This document shows positions 44,967 through 53,301 of a stretch of 64,000 nucleotides of DNA, in pieces. The stretch lies in contig CAJAQB010000021.1 of NCBI GenBank assembly GCA_903943975.1, positions 26,697-90,696 of the forward strand, written 5' to 3'. The stretch's first letter is position 1; every line of letters starts with the position of its first letter. The stretch is from Synechococcus lacustris (lineage in GTDB: Bacteria; Cyanobacteriota; Cyanobacteriia; PCC-6307; Cyanobiaceae). The translations under genes and the position numbers were made by a program. The notes under the pieces are model-generated. The model did not search any database. It saw only the letters and a list, made by a program, of their open reading frames with translations, and was not told the DNA's origin.

Positions 44967-45757
44967 GGCTGGGGTTTGGCCTCCAGCACGGCCAGATGTG
45001 CCCCTAGGGCCTCGCGATCCAGCTGTTGGCACTGCTGCTCCAGTGGCCCTGGCGAAGCGTTCGATTGCCGCAGTAACGCAGCCCCATGCACCACGGCATG
45101 ATCCAGGGGCCCCTGGGATCTAGCAGTGGTTTCCAGAGTGGCTTGCAGCTCCCGAACGCCGCGATAGAGCTGCACCAGTTGGCGGCTCTGTTGGGCATCA
45201 CCGCTGGGGTTGGGGTTCAGGAATAGATCCTTGAGAAAGGCAATCAGGCGTTGTTCGCTTTGCCGTAGCCGTTGGTTGGCGTTGCTGGGCCAGAACAGAT
45301 GTTCAACGGCCATGCCGATGCCCAGGCCCAGGCCATGCCAGAGGGTGCGATAGAGCACGTAGTTGAAACCTTCGGCGCTGTTGTTTGGCACCATCAGCAC
45401 CATCACCGCGGCCACCATGGCATTGGTGCGGCTGCCCCTACTCAGGCCCAGCTGGCTGCCCAGCAGTTCCACCAGCAGGTAGGCCAGCCCCACCCAGAGC
45501 CAGGGATTGCCCACGAGCAACAGCAGGGCCGCGATCACCCCTCCGAAGGCTGTGCCCAAGAGGCGCTCCCGGCCAACCCTGATGGACAGCTCCTCATTGG
45601 CCAGGTTGCTACGCGCTACGCCGTAGAGGGCATACCAGATGTCCACACTGGAGCCAGCCGCCCAACGGAACACAATCGCTCCGGTGATCAGCGTGGCGAT
45701 GGCAATGCGGGCACTGCCTTGCCACTGGGATCTGGTTAGGGCCTGGAAGACGACCAA
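44963..45757 (-). CDS. Half-size FUSC/ArAE-like membrane protein C
   Basis: 264 aa with 'GRERLLGTAFGG' and 'LYRTLWHGLGLGIGMAVEHLFWP'. The start overlaps the TolC-like gene's 3' end by 22 nt. Confidence 0.7.
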   Translation of the reverse strand: MVVFQALTRSQWQGSARIAIATLITGAIVFRWAAGSSVDIWYALYGVARSNLANEELSIRVGRERLLGTAFGGVIAALLLLVGNPWLWVGLAYLLVELLGSQLGLSRGSRTNAMVAAVMVLMVPNNSAEGFNYVLYRTLWHGLGLGIGMAVEHLFWPSNANQRLRQSEQRLIAFLKDLFLNPNPSGDAQQSRQLVQLYRGVRELQATLETTARSQGPLDHAVVHGAALLRQSNASPGPLEQQCQQLDREALGAHLAVLEAKPQP

Positions 45758-47511
45758 GGGGGTTGGCCAGGGTTTGGCAGGGTCCAGCGGTTGGGCACTG
45801 GCGCATCGGGATCCCGCGGCACCGGCAGCAGTTCCCGCAGCAGCTGGGCGTAGCTGAGATTCACTTCGATCGTGGCGTTGAGCCGTTGCACCAGGCTTTG
45901 GATCAAGCGGTCTTGGGTGAGGGAAAGGGTCACCTCATTGGCCAGGCCGGTTTGATAGCGAAGCTTGGCGTCGCGGAAGCCCTCCAGGCTGGCGGCCACC
46001 CCGCGCCGGGCTGACACCAACTTGGCAAGGCTGGCCTCATGCTGGAAGAAGGCCTGCTCCAGCCTCAGGCGAATGTCATTGCGCTGGCTGGCATAGCGCT
46101 GGGCCTGGGCCTCCTCGCGCTTGGCCAGGGAGCGCACCTGGGCGGCGGTGCTGCCGGCATCAAAGAGCAGCCAACGGAAGGCGAGCCCCACGGCCCAGTC
46201 ACTGCCGTTCAGATTCAGGTTGGGAATCACCGCGACGCCGCAGCAATTGCCGGAGATATCCCATTGCTTGGTTTGGTTGCTAAAGCCGCTTCCGTTGGCG
46301 AAAAGGCCGAGCCGCGGCAGCAGCTGGGCGGCCACGGCAGTTTTCTCCCGGGCCAGGGCCTGGCGGGTGGCGAGTACCGCCTCCAGCTCGGGATTGTCCC
46401 GGTAGGCGGCCAGCAGGCTTTCCTCCAGGTTTAGGGGCCAGGCCGGCTGCAATTGGATTGGGTCTGAGGCGGCTGGCGTGAGTTGGGGGGGCAGGTTTAG
46501 CAGCACCGCCAGCCGCCGCCGGGCCACGGCCCGGTCGGCCAGGGCTTGCACCAGTTGCTCCTGGGCCTCCGCTTCAATTGCCTGGCGGCGCAGCAGATCA
46601 AGCCTGGGCACCAGGCCCGCCTGCTTTAGGGCAAGCACGTCGCCCAGTATCACCAGGTCATTGCGCACATCCGCATCGCGGATTAACACCAACTGGTCTG
46701 CCCGTTGCAGCTGGTAGTAGGCCTCCGTGAGGCGCAGTTGCAGTTCCCTCAGGCCATTGGCGTAGCTCTGGCGGCTTTGCTGCAGCCGGGCCTGGGCGGC
46801 CTGCACCAGGGGGGTGCGGGCAAAATCCAGCAGTTCGTAGCGCAGTTGCAGGCCGCCATTGATCTGGCGTACGCCTTGGTTTAGGTAGGCCTGGGCGCCG
46901 GAGGGCACATAGAAGGCACCATTACTGGTGCCGCCGCTGCTGGTAACCAGGCTGTTGGGGGCGTAATTGGCGCCAAAGCCCAGGTTGTTGTTGCCCTGGG
47001 GCGTGCCGTAGTAGTTGGCGCTCTGGTCGTAGCTGAGGCCCCCAAAGGCGGCCACCCGGGGCCAGTAGCTGCCCAGCTGGGCCTGCAATTCCGCCAGGGC
47101 GGAAGCCACCTCTAAGCGCTGGGCTTGCAGCGTGGGGTTGAGCGCCAGGCCGATGGCCAGGGTTTGGCTGAGGCTCACCCCCTGCACGCCACTGCCCTTG
47201 AGTTGGGGGGCCGTGGGTAGGTCTAGGGGGGGGCTGGGCTGGATTTCGGCGGCTGGGGCTAAGGGGCCTTGGGGGGCTTGGTTTGCCTCGAGCAGTGAGC
47301 TGGGTAATGGCGCCGCCACGGCCGAACGGCTGGGGCTTGATTCCGTTTCAGTGGGCAGCATTTGATCCAGCAGGCGCAGCTGCTGATCCAGCTGGCCCCA
47401 GGAGCGTTCCAGTTGCTGGGTGCTGGGGTCTAGGGCCGCCCTAGCGGCCAGCCCCTGCAGCAGCAGCAGGCTGACCAGGGGAATCCAGCGTGACCCCATG
47501 GCCCTAACCAC
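45736..47511 (-). CDS. TolC-like outer-membrane efflux factor
   Basis: 591 aa. It has a signal peptide (IPLVSLLLLQGLAARA), a Pro-rich linker, and two OEP repeats with long helical segments (LAELQAQL..., RLQQSRQSYANGLRELQLRLTEAYYQL, ...AQLLRELL). Confidence 0.88.
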   Translation of the reverse strand: MVRAMGSRWIPLVSLLLLQGLAARAALDPSTQQLERSWGQLDQQLRLLDQMLPTETESSPSRSAVAAPLPSSLLEANQAPQGPLAPAAEIQPSPPLDLPTAPQLKGSGVQGVSLSQTLAIGLALNPTLQAQRLEVASALAELQAQLGSYWPRVAAFGGLSYDQSANYYGTPQGNNNLGFGANYAPNSLVTSSGGTSNGAFYVPSGAQAYLNQGVRQINGGLQLRYELLDFARTPLVQAAQARLQQSRQSYANGLRELQLRLTEAYYQLQRADQLVLIRDADVRNDLVILGDVLALKQAGLVPRLDLLRRQAIEAEAQEQLVQALADRAVARRRLAVLLNLPPQLTPAASDPIQLQPAWPLNLEESLLAAYRDNPELEAVLATRQALAREKTAVAAQLLPRLGLFANGSGFSNQTKQWDISGNCCGVAVIPNLNLNGSDWAVGLAFRWLLFDAGSTAAQVRSLAKREEAQAQRYASQRNDIRLRLEQAFFQHEASLAKLVSARRGVAASLEGFRDAKLRYQTGLANEVTLSLTQDRLIQSLVQRLNATIEVNLSYAQLLRELLPVPRDPDAPVPNRWTLPNPGQPPWSSSRP

Positions 47512-47590
47512 TCCCTACCTAGGTGCTGAGCATCAGCTGCGGAGCCTGGCCTTGCCGGCCCCAGCAGCCCAGCTGCTCAATTGGTTGGGC

Positions 47591-48658
47591 CTAGCCCAGG
47601 CTTGCCCAGCTCTGTTCAAAACGTCCCAGGGCCGCGGCCAGCTGTTGGCAGAGCATCTCCCGGCGGCCCCGACCTTTCTGCAGCATGATCTCGCTGCTGG
47701 CTGGGTCGTTAAACAGTTCTTGCTCGGCCTGCACCAGCGCCGCTTCCCAGGGCCACTGCTGGCCATTGCTGCGGGCAGCACTGTTGTTTGGGCGCCCCTC
47801 GGGCCATTGCTGGGCCCATTGGCGTAACAACTGGGCCGATTCGTGCAACAGGTTCACCTCCGCCGCCAGCACGGCGCTGAAGCTTGGCCCCTGCATCGGC
47901 ACCATCGGCAGCCGCAGCAGGGTGCGGTAATAACCAAGCAGCTCGCTAAAGAATTGTTCCTCTAGGTCCCAGAGGCGCAGCAGGTATTCGCCCGCATGGT
48001 CAGTACCTAGTTCCACGTTGGCATCAGGGCGTTGGTTCTGGAGGGCCAGCAGGTTTTGGATTAAGCCATCGCGGCGCTGCATTTTGGTTTCAGCGTCCAT
48101 GTCAACGCCGCGGGCCAGGTGTTCAGACCGTTCTTGTAGCGCCGTGGCGAACTGTTCAAACAGCAGTACCGATAAGCGTTTGTGTTCGGTTAGGGCCCGG
48201 CTCGGCCAAAAGCAATTGATCGCCAGCAGCGAAAGCAGAATCCCGATCAGGGTCACCAGCATCCGCAGGGGCACCCAGCTGGCCAGGGCACCGCTGTGCA
48301 CGGTCCAGCCCATCACCACCACCAGGCCGGCCACTTTGTAGCCGGAGCGCAGGCCAAGCGAACCGCCAAAGAGGCGGGTGCAGGCGAGGGCCAGGGCGAT
48401 GCCGATCGGCATGGGCATGGCGCTGCCGATGCCGCCATGGGCAATAACTACGATCAGCCCCCCCAGCAGGGTGCCCTCGAGCCGTTGGACCCCCAGGGTC
48501 CAGCTGCTGCCCAGGGTGCCCCCGAGGGCGGCGGCCACCGCCAGGGGGGCGTAGATCGCATCGGGGAGCCCCAGGGTGATCACCAGCCCCGCCGAGAGGC
48601 CGGCCGTGAGCGCCAGCCTTAATTCAGGCTGTTTGATCAGGGAGATGGCTTTGTTCAT
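47591..48658 (-). CDS. Half-size FUSC/ArAE-like membrane protein B
   Basis: 355 aa with 'VQRLEGTLLGG' and 'PLRMLVTLIGILLSLLAINCFWP', then a helical soluble tail. ATGA overlap with the upstream paralog. Confidence 0.7.
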   Translation of the reverse strand: MNKAISLIKQPELRLALTAGLSAGLVITLGLPDAIYAPLAVAAALGGTLGSSWTLGVQRLEGTLLGGLIVVIAHGGIGSAMPMPIGIALALACTRLFGGSLGLRSGYKVAGLVVVMGWTVHSGALASWVPLRMLVTLIGILLSLLAINCFWPSRALTEHKRLSVLLFEQFATALQERSEHLARGVDMDAETKMQRRDGLIQNLLALQNQRPDANVELGTDHAGEYLLRLWDLEEQFFSELLGYYRTLLRLPMVPMQGPSFSAVLAAEVNLLHESAQLLRQWAQQWPEGRPNNSAARSNGQQWPWEAALVQAEQELFNDPASSEIMLQKGRGRREMLCQQLAAALGRFEQSWASLG

Positions 48659-49656
48659 GGGCCGCCTGGGTCGTGGCGACCGGCCAGGGCCAGGCTCTGG
48701 GCGCTGCTCACCAGGCGGCGTAATTCATCTTCCAGGGCGTAGAGCAATAGCGGCGGCAGCCCCCGCTGCTGGGCCAGGGGGGCCAACTGCTGGCGGGCGG
48801 GCAGCGGCACCGTGGCTGCCGGATTGCTGTGGGGGGCCAGCAGGCTGGGCAGGTTCTCCAGCCAGGCGCTGGGCCCTACCCAGGGGGCGGGCAGGCTGCC
48901 GGCCGGGATCAGTTGGCATAGCCGTTGCAGCTGCAGGCTGTGGTGGTTGATCCGTTCCCAGAGCAGGCTGCGTTGGCGCCAGTGCAAGCCGCGGGCTGTT
49001 CCCCGCGGGTGACTGCGTAATTCATCGTTTACCAATTGGTTCAGCTGGCGCCAGAGGCGGGTGCCCTCCAGGGCTGGCCCTGGGCCTTTGGCCGCCGCCA
49101 GGGGGGCGGCGGCACTGCTGAGTTGTTGCTGAATGGCGAGCAGGCGGCGGTTGATGGCCCGGCGTAATTGTTGGTCTAGCCCTTGGATTTCCGCCAGGCG
49201 ATTTATGGGCCAGAGCAGGTTGCTCACCAGCACCGCCACCACCACACCCATCAGGGTGTCGATGGTTCTGTTGAACACATAAATCCAGTTCAGTACTGAA
49301 TAATCCACCACCAGAAACAGCATCGATAGCAGCACCACGGCGGTGGGCATGCCGGCCTGCCAGCCCAAGCGGCGCAGCAGCGGCAACACCAGCAGCAGGC
49401 CCACGGTGAGGGCGAGCCAGCCCTGCAGGATCGGGTGGATAAGGAAGCCCACCAGGCCCCCAGCAATGGTGCCAAGGCTGCGGCCCCTGGCGGCGGCAAC
49501 CACCTGGGTCTCCGTTTCATCCATGCACATCACCACCGCCAGTAGCGGATACCAGATGAACATCACCCGATCACAGGCCACGGCGATGCTGCCGGCCACC
49601 GCTGCGGCCACGCCGTACTTGATCGCCGCCTTTAAGGCCCGATGGGACAGCACCAC
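48655..49656 (-). CDS. Half-size FUSC/ArAE-like membrane protein A
   Basis: 333 aa with 'ARGRSLGTIAGG' and 'FNRTIDTLMGVVVAVLVSNLLWP', then a helical soluble tail. It is the first gene of the five-gene minus-strand operon. Confidence 0.7.
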   Translation of the reverse strand: MVLSHRALKAAIKYGVAAAVAGSIAVACDRVMFIWYPLLAVVMCMDETETQVVAAARGRSLGTIAGGLVGFLIHPILQGWLALTVGLLLVLPLLRRLGWQAGMPTAVVLLSMLFLVVDYSVLNWIYVFNRTIDTLMGVVVAVLVSNLLWPINRLAEIQGLDQQLRRAINRRLLAIQQQLSSAAAPLAAAKGPGPALEGTRLWRQLNQLVNDELRSHPRGTARGLHWRQRSLLWERINHHSLQLQRLCQLIPAGSLPAPWVGPSAWLENLPSLLAPHSNPAATVPLPARQQLAPLAQQRGLPPLLLYALEDELRRLVSSAQSLALAGRHDPGGP

Positions 49657-49679
49657 AACCCCTGCGCTGGGGCCAAGCT

Positions 49680-50147
49680 ATGGGAACAGTTTGCGTCTGG
49701 GTCGTGTTTTTGCAGCAGGACGCCGAACATCTGCTCAGGCTCGGCTTGGCGGTGGCCTGTGGATTTGCGGTGGGGGTGAACCGCTTGCATGCCTCCCATA
49801 GCCATCCCGGTCGGGTGCGGGTGCATGTGCTGGTGGCGCTTAGCGCCTGCCTGTTTGCCCTGGCGGCAGGGGGCGATGCCAATGCCACCAGCCGGGCGAT
49901 CCAGGGGGTAGCTACGGGGGTGGGTTTTCTGGGGGCTGGGGAAATTCTGGTGGAACCACGCCAGGGCAAACACACCACCCCGGTGGTGCGCGGTCTTACT
50001 AGTGCCGCGGTGGTGTGGTTTACCGCGGCCCTGGGCATCACCGCCGGGGTGGCCTCCCCATTCCTTGCCGGCATGGCCCTATTGCTGGCGCTACTCACCC
50101 TTTCCGGACCGCTGCCTCCTCAACCCCCCAACAAGCCGCAGTCCTGA
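49680..50147 (+). CDS. MgtC/SapB-family membrane protein
   Basis: 'LLRLGLAVACGFAVGVNR', 'VRVHVLVALSACLF', 'GVATGVGFLGAGEIL' and 'GLTSAAVVWFTAALGITAG' match the MgtC N-domain pattern. Confidence 0.8.
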   Translation: MGTVCVWVVFLQQDAEHLLRLGLAVACGFAVGVNRLHASHSHPGRVRVHVLVALSACLFALAAGGDANATSRAIQGVATGVGFLGAGEILVEPRQGKHTTPVVRGLTSAAVVWFTAALGITAGVASPFLAGMALLLALLTLSGPLPPQPPNKPQS

Positions 50148-50326
50148 AGTTCGGGCACCAACCAGAGGGGAATGCCATCGCGGCTCCAATCCCAGAGCCC
50201 ATGGCGTTTACCGAGGAACACCGCTTCCCCCTGCACGTAGGCCTGGATCACCACGGATCTATCGAGGCCTTCCAGGGCATCTTCCCGGCGGATGCGTTTC
50301 ACCCGCTCCAGGGGGTTAGAGACCAT
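50120..50326 (-). CDS. Small hypothetical protein (68 aa)
   Basis: The ATG follows the upstream ORF's TGA directly (TGAATG). The sequence is globular-looking (MVSNPLERVKRIRREDALEGLDRSVVIQAYVQGEAVFLGKRHGLWDW...). The 3' end overlaps mgtC convergently by 28 nt. Confidence 0.35.
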   Translation of the reverse strand: MVSNPLERVKRIRREDALEGLDRSVVIQAYVQGEAVFLGKRHGLWDWSRDGIPLWLVPELQDCGLLGG

Positions 50327-50539
50327 TCAAATGTCGCTCCGCAGGCCCTGGCCCCGGAGTTCCATGTCTTGGTCGTTTTGGTGGTCTTCGGGGGATTGCT
50401 GTGGGTGGGATCGCTGGTGGGCCCCAGGGGGATCGTGGTCTGGCTGCTGCCGTTTCGGCATCGCCTTGAGGCGACGCTTGAGTGCCTCATCCAGCACTCC
50501 GCTGCCATCGGGAACGGGATCCTTGGGGAGCATGGCCAT
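50327..50539 (-). CDS. Small low-complexity hypothetical protein (70 aa)
   Basis: The ORF is P/Q/H/D-rich, with only positional support (adjacent to the 68-aa ORF in the same frame). Confidence 0.22.
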   Translation of the reverse strand: MAMLPKDPVPDGSGVLDEALKRRLKAMPKRQQPDHDPPGAHQRSHPQQSPEDHQNDQDMELRGQGLRSDI

Positions 50540-50639
50540 GAACAGAGTTGCGCCCAGCTTGCCGAAGCGCAGCCTATGGGGAGGTTAAGTGTGTCGAGTG
50601 CCCCTAATGTTCGTTTGATTCAGCTCTGTTAAACGCCCC

Positions 50640-51158
50640 ATGGCCGTGCCCCCCACCCGCACCCTTCGTTTGATCACGGGCGTGCTCCTGCTGCTGGCCG
50701 GGTTTGCTTCGATCGTTTTCCCGTTCCTCTCCGCCGCTGCGGTCACCGTTACCTTCGGGGCTGTGGCCGTGGTGGCCGGGGTGACCCAGCTGTTGCGCCT
50801 GGGTGGCGCCCCGGATCTGAAGGGCAAGATTTTCCGGGGTTTGACGGCCCTGCTCTACCTGCTGGGTGGTTTGTTTGTGCTGTTTTTTCCGCTGGACAGC
50901 ACCTTCAGCCTCACCCTGTTTGTGGGGGCGCTGCTGGTGGTGGAAGGGGTCACCGAACTGGCCGCTGCCGCCGCCGCCAGTGGTCCGGCCCGCAACCTGG
51001 TGTTGCTCGATGGGGTGATCACTTGCCTGCTGGGCGGCATGGTGCTGGTGGAATGGCCCTCAGACACCCTTTGGGTGATCGGCACCTTCTTCGGCGTTGC
51101 TTTGTTGTTTAGCTCCTTTCGGATGTTTGCCTCTGCGCCTGAGGGGGAAGCTGCCTGA
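50640..51158 (+). CDS. HdeD/DUF308-family membrane protein
   Basis: 172 aa with 6 short TM helices in repeated pairs (LLLLAGFASIVFP, VAVVAGVTQLL, LLYLLGGLFVLFFP, GALLVVEGVTEL, ...). Confidence 0.72.
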   Translation: MAVPPTRTLRLITGVLLLLAGFASIVFPFLSAAAVTVTFGAVAVVAGVTQLLRLGGAPDLKGKIFRGLTALLYLLGGLFVLFFPLDSTFSLTLFVGALLVVEGVTELAAAAAASGPARNLVLLDGVITCLLGGMVLVEWPSDTLWVIGTFFGVALLFSSFRMFASAPEGEAA

Positions 51159-51163
51159 GCCGC

Positions 51164-52012
51164 TTAGCTGCCGGGGGCTTGCCCCAGAAACCAATAGCTA
51201 ATGCCGTTGTAATACTCGGGATGGCCGGGCAGCCTTGATGGTTCCAGCTGCTTGCCGGCCAGGGCGCTAGCCAGGCCAATAAGTTGCAAGCCGTTCAGGT
51301 CTGTTTTTAGATCCTTTTCGGCCACTCTGAGCAGCTGGGGCAGCTGGGCAAGGGTTTGGGGTTGCGACAACTTCTTGAGCAGGGCGGCAAAGGCCAGCCG
51401 TTGGCGATCCATGCGGCCCAGATCCCCCTCCTCATCGTGGCGGAAGCGCAGGAAACCCTCCAGATCGTGACCCTTCAGGGTCTGGGGACCAGCCTCTAAT
51501 TCGATGTGCAAATTCTGGCTGTAATCGTGGTAATTCAGCCGTTTGGGCACTGTTATCTCAAGGCCTCCCACGGCATCACCCAGGTGTCTCACCGCTTCCA
51601 GGTTGACCATGATGTGGTGCTGAATCGGTCTGCCTAGCAGTGTTGAAAGTTCCTGCTCAACGGCATCAATGCCACCGAGGGCATAGAGGGCATTCGCCTT
51701 TATTTCTCCGTACTGGGGGGAGTTGATGTAGGTGTCTCTGGGCACCTGGATCAGGCGGGCACTGCCGCCGTTGAGATTCAGACTGGCGATCACATCGGTG
51801 AGGGCACCAGAGCCATCGGTGCCCAGGATCAACACCTCCTGGGGGATCGGGTTGACCAGTTGCTGCAGAGGGACCCTCGGATCTAGGTGCCGCAGGGCAT
51901 TCACCGTGGGTTCCAGCAGAAAGGCGCCAAAACTCACCCCGCCCACTAGGGCCAGCATTAACGGCATAAGGCCGATCGCCCCGGGGCGGGAAGGGGAAGC
52001 ACGACCGGTCAT
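51164..52012 (-). CDS. LytR-CpsA-Psr (LCP) family protein, second copy
   Basis: It has an N-terminal TM. 'VLILGTDGSG...DVIASLNLNGGSARLIQVPRDTY', 'GGLEITVPKRL' and 'LKGHDLEGFLRFRHDEEGDLGRMDRQ' fit the LCP domain. Confidence 0.8.
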   Translation of the reverse strand: MTGRASPSRPGAIGLMPLMLALVGGVSFGAFLLEPTVNALRHLDPRVPLQQLVNPIPQEVLILGTDGSGALTDVIASLNLNGGSARLIQVPRDTYINSPQYGEIKANALYALGGIDAVEQELSTLLGRPIQHHIMVNLEAVRHLGDAVGGLEITVPKRLNYHDYSQNLHIELEAGPQTLKGHDLEGFLRFRHDEEGDLGRMDRQRLAFAALLKKLSQPQTLAQLPQLLRVAEKDLKTDLNGLQLIGLASALAGKQLEPSRLPGHPEYYNGISYWFLGQAPGS

Positions 52013-52108
52013 AAATTCATCCCCTTGCAGCTACCCAGCCCAGGGCTGAGCCGTATCTGTTTGAGACCTAGCGGCTTGAGCCGTATCGGGCTGAGACACT
52101 TCATTCCT

Positions 52109-52144
52109 GGAAAATAAAGCCTTGAGTCTTTGCTACCAAGGCTT
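52109..52144 (-). terminator. Intrinsic terminator hairpin downstream of the 95-aa/ParB-like gene pair
   Basis: Perfect 8-bp stem aagccttg(52117-24)/caaggctt(52137-44) with a 12-nt loop. On the minus strand it is followed by TATTTT. Confidence 0.5.
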
Positions 52145-52251
52145 TTGGAGCTGTCTCGATCCAGTTCTCAAGCTGTCGTAAAACACCAGCCAGTGGTGCG
52201 TAAGAACACAGCAACCACCCCAACTGTTTCAGGGCAATCGCCCCAGTCGCT

Positions 52252-52539
52252 TCAGTTTTGGCTGGCCTTGAGGGCCTGGAGGCCCATCTGCACATGGGCG
52301 CCCAGGGCGCCGAGGGCCATCAGTTGATTTGGCGAGAACTGATTTTTGGCAGTGCCGTTACTGGCCTGTAGCTCCTGCAGCAACAGCTTGCTGGCGGCGG
52401 CATAGTTGCGCAGCGCCTCCTCCAGGGCAGGCAGCTCGCTTTTGGCCATGGCCGGCCCCCGGGGGGCCGTTGGCAAGTGTTGTTTCAAGGTTTGATAGCT
52501 GATCGCCGCTGGGATCACGAACTCAGGCTGCTGCGCCAT
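52252..52539 (-). CDS. Hypothetical helical protein (95 aa)
   Basis: The ORF lies 90 nt downstream of the ParB-like gene on the same strand and is followed by a terminator. No family recognised. Confidence 0.45.
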   Translation of the reverse strand: MAQQPEFVIPAAISYQTLKQHLPTAPRGPAMAKSELPALEEALRNYAAASKLLLQELQASNGTAKNQFSPNQLMALGALGAHVQMGLQALKASQN

Positions 52540-52629
52540 GGATCGAATTAGAAGTGTTTAAAGCCTATGGAGCTTTGGCCTGGGCCCAGGTTCGGTTGGC
52601 GGTAGGGATATCCGGTATGACTTTGCTTT

Positions 52630-53283
52630 TCAGCCTTTCCAGCCGGCCAGATGCGAGGCGTCACTGGAACGGGCATGGGCCCGGGCGGTGGGCAGGGCCG
52701 CCTCCAGTTCTAGGGAGCTGAAGGGGGGCAGTTCCCTGCGCCGCAACCAGGCCCCCCAGCGAAATTCATGGAAGGGGATTAGCGGGGCCGAGGCGATCAC
52801 CCCCTCCTGCTTGAGCTTCCAAACCAGGCTGCGGAAGGGGTCATCCTCTAGTCCGGAGAGGTTTGCGGGCAGGGCCTGGGGCTCCAGCGGCCCCTGGCCG
52901 CGGCCGTTATAGAGGTAAAGCCAGCCCCGTTCCCGCAGGTTCGCCAGCACCACCGCCGGGTCATCTGTGGCTAGCTCCAGCACCACGTAGCCCCAGGCGC
53001 TGGCCCCCGGCTGCACCTCCAGCAGCCCCCGCAGCCGGTGGTGACGATCCACCATCCACAGCTCCCCGGCGCCACTGCGCACCAACGGCACCGGTCTGCC
53101 CTTGAGATAACGGCTTCGGTCTTCGGGGTTTTCGGCTGAGAAGTCTTTGTGGCGGTTCAGCACCTCCGCCAGGCCCACACACATCTGGGTGGGGTGCAGG
53201 CTGGCAATCGGCAGTTCCAGCAGCTCGCGGCTGGAGCTGGGGGGCGCCGGCAGCGGTTGATAGGGGGGTAGCTCCAGGGTCAT
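52630..53283 (-). CDS. ParB/sulfiredoxin-fold protein, ParBc_2 (putative ParB-like nuclease) type
   Basis: 'IASLHPTQMCVGLAEV' and 'VPLVRSGAGELWMVDRHHRLRGL' resemble the HPTQ / D.HHR core of the ParBc_2 family. The match is by eye only. Confidence 0.6.
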   Translation of the reverse strand: MTLELPPYQPLPAPPSSSRELLELPIASLHPTQMCVGLAEVLNRHKDFSAENPEDRSRYLKGRPVPLVRSGAGELWMVDRHHRLRGLLEVQPGASAWGYVVLELATDDPAVVLANLRERGWLYLYNGRGQGPLEPQALPANLSGLEDDPFRSLVWKLKQEGVIASAPLIPFHEFRWGAWLRRRELPPFSSLELEAALPTARAHARSSDASHLAGWKG

Positions 53284-53301
53284 GGCAAGCGGGGCACAGG
53301 C

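Noticed and set aside
50327-50329. The in-frame TGA between the 70- and 68-codon ORFs considered as a selenocysteine or programmed read-through site
   Set aside because: No SECIS-like hairpin follows it, and an ATG follows immediately. Same-frame adjacency happens by chance one time in three.
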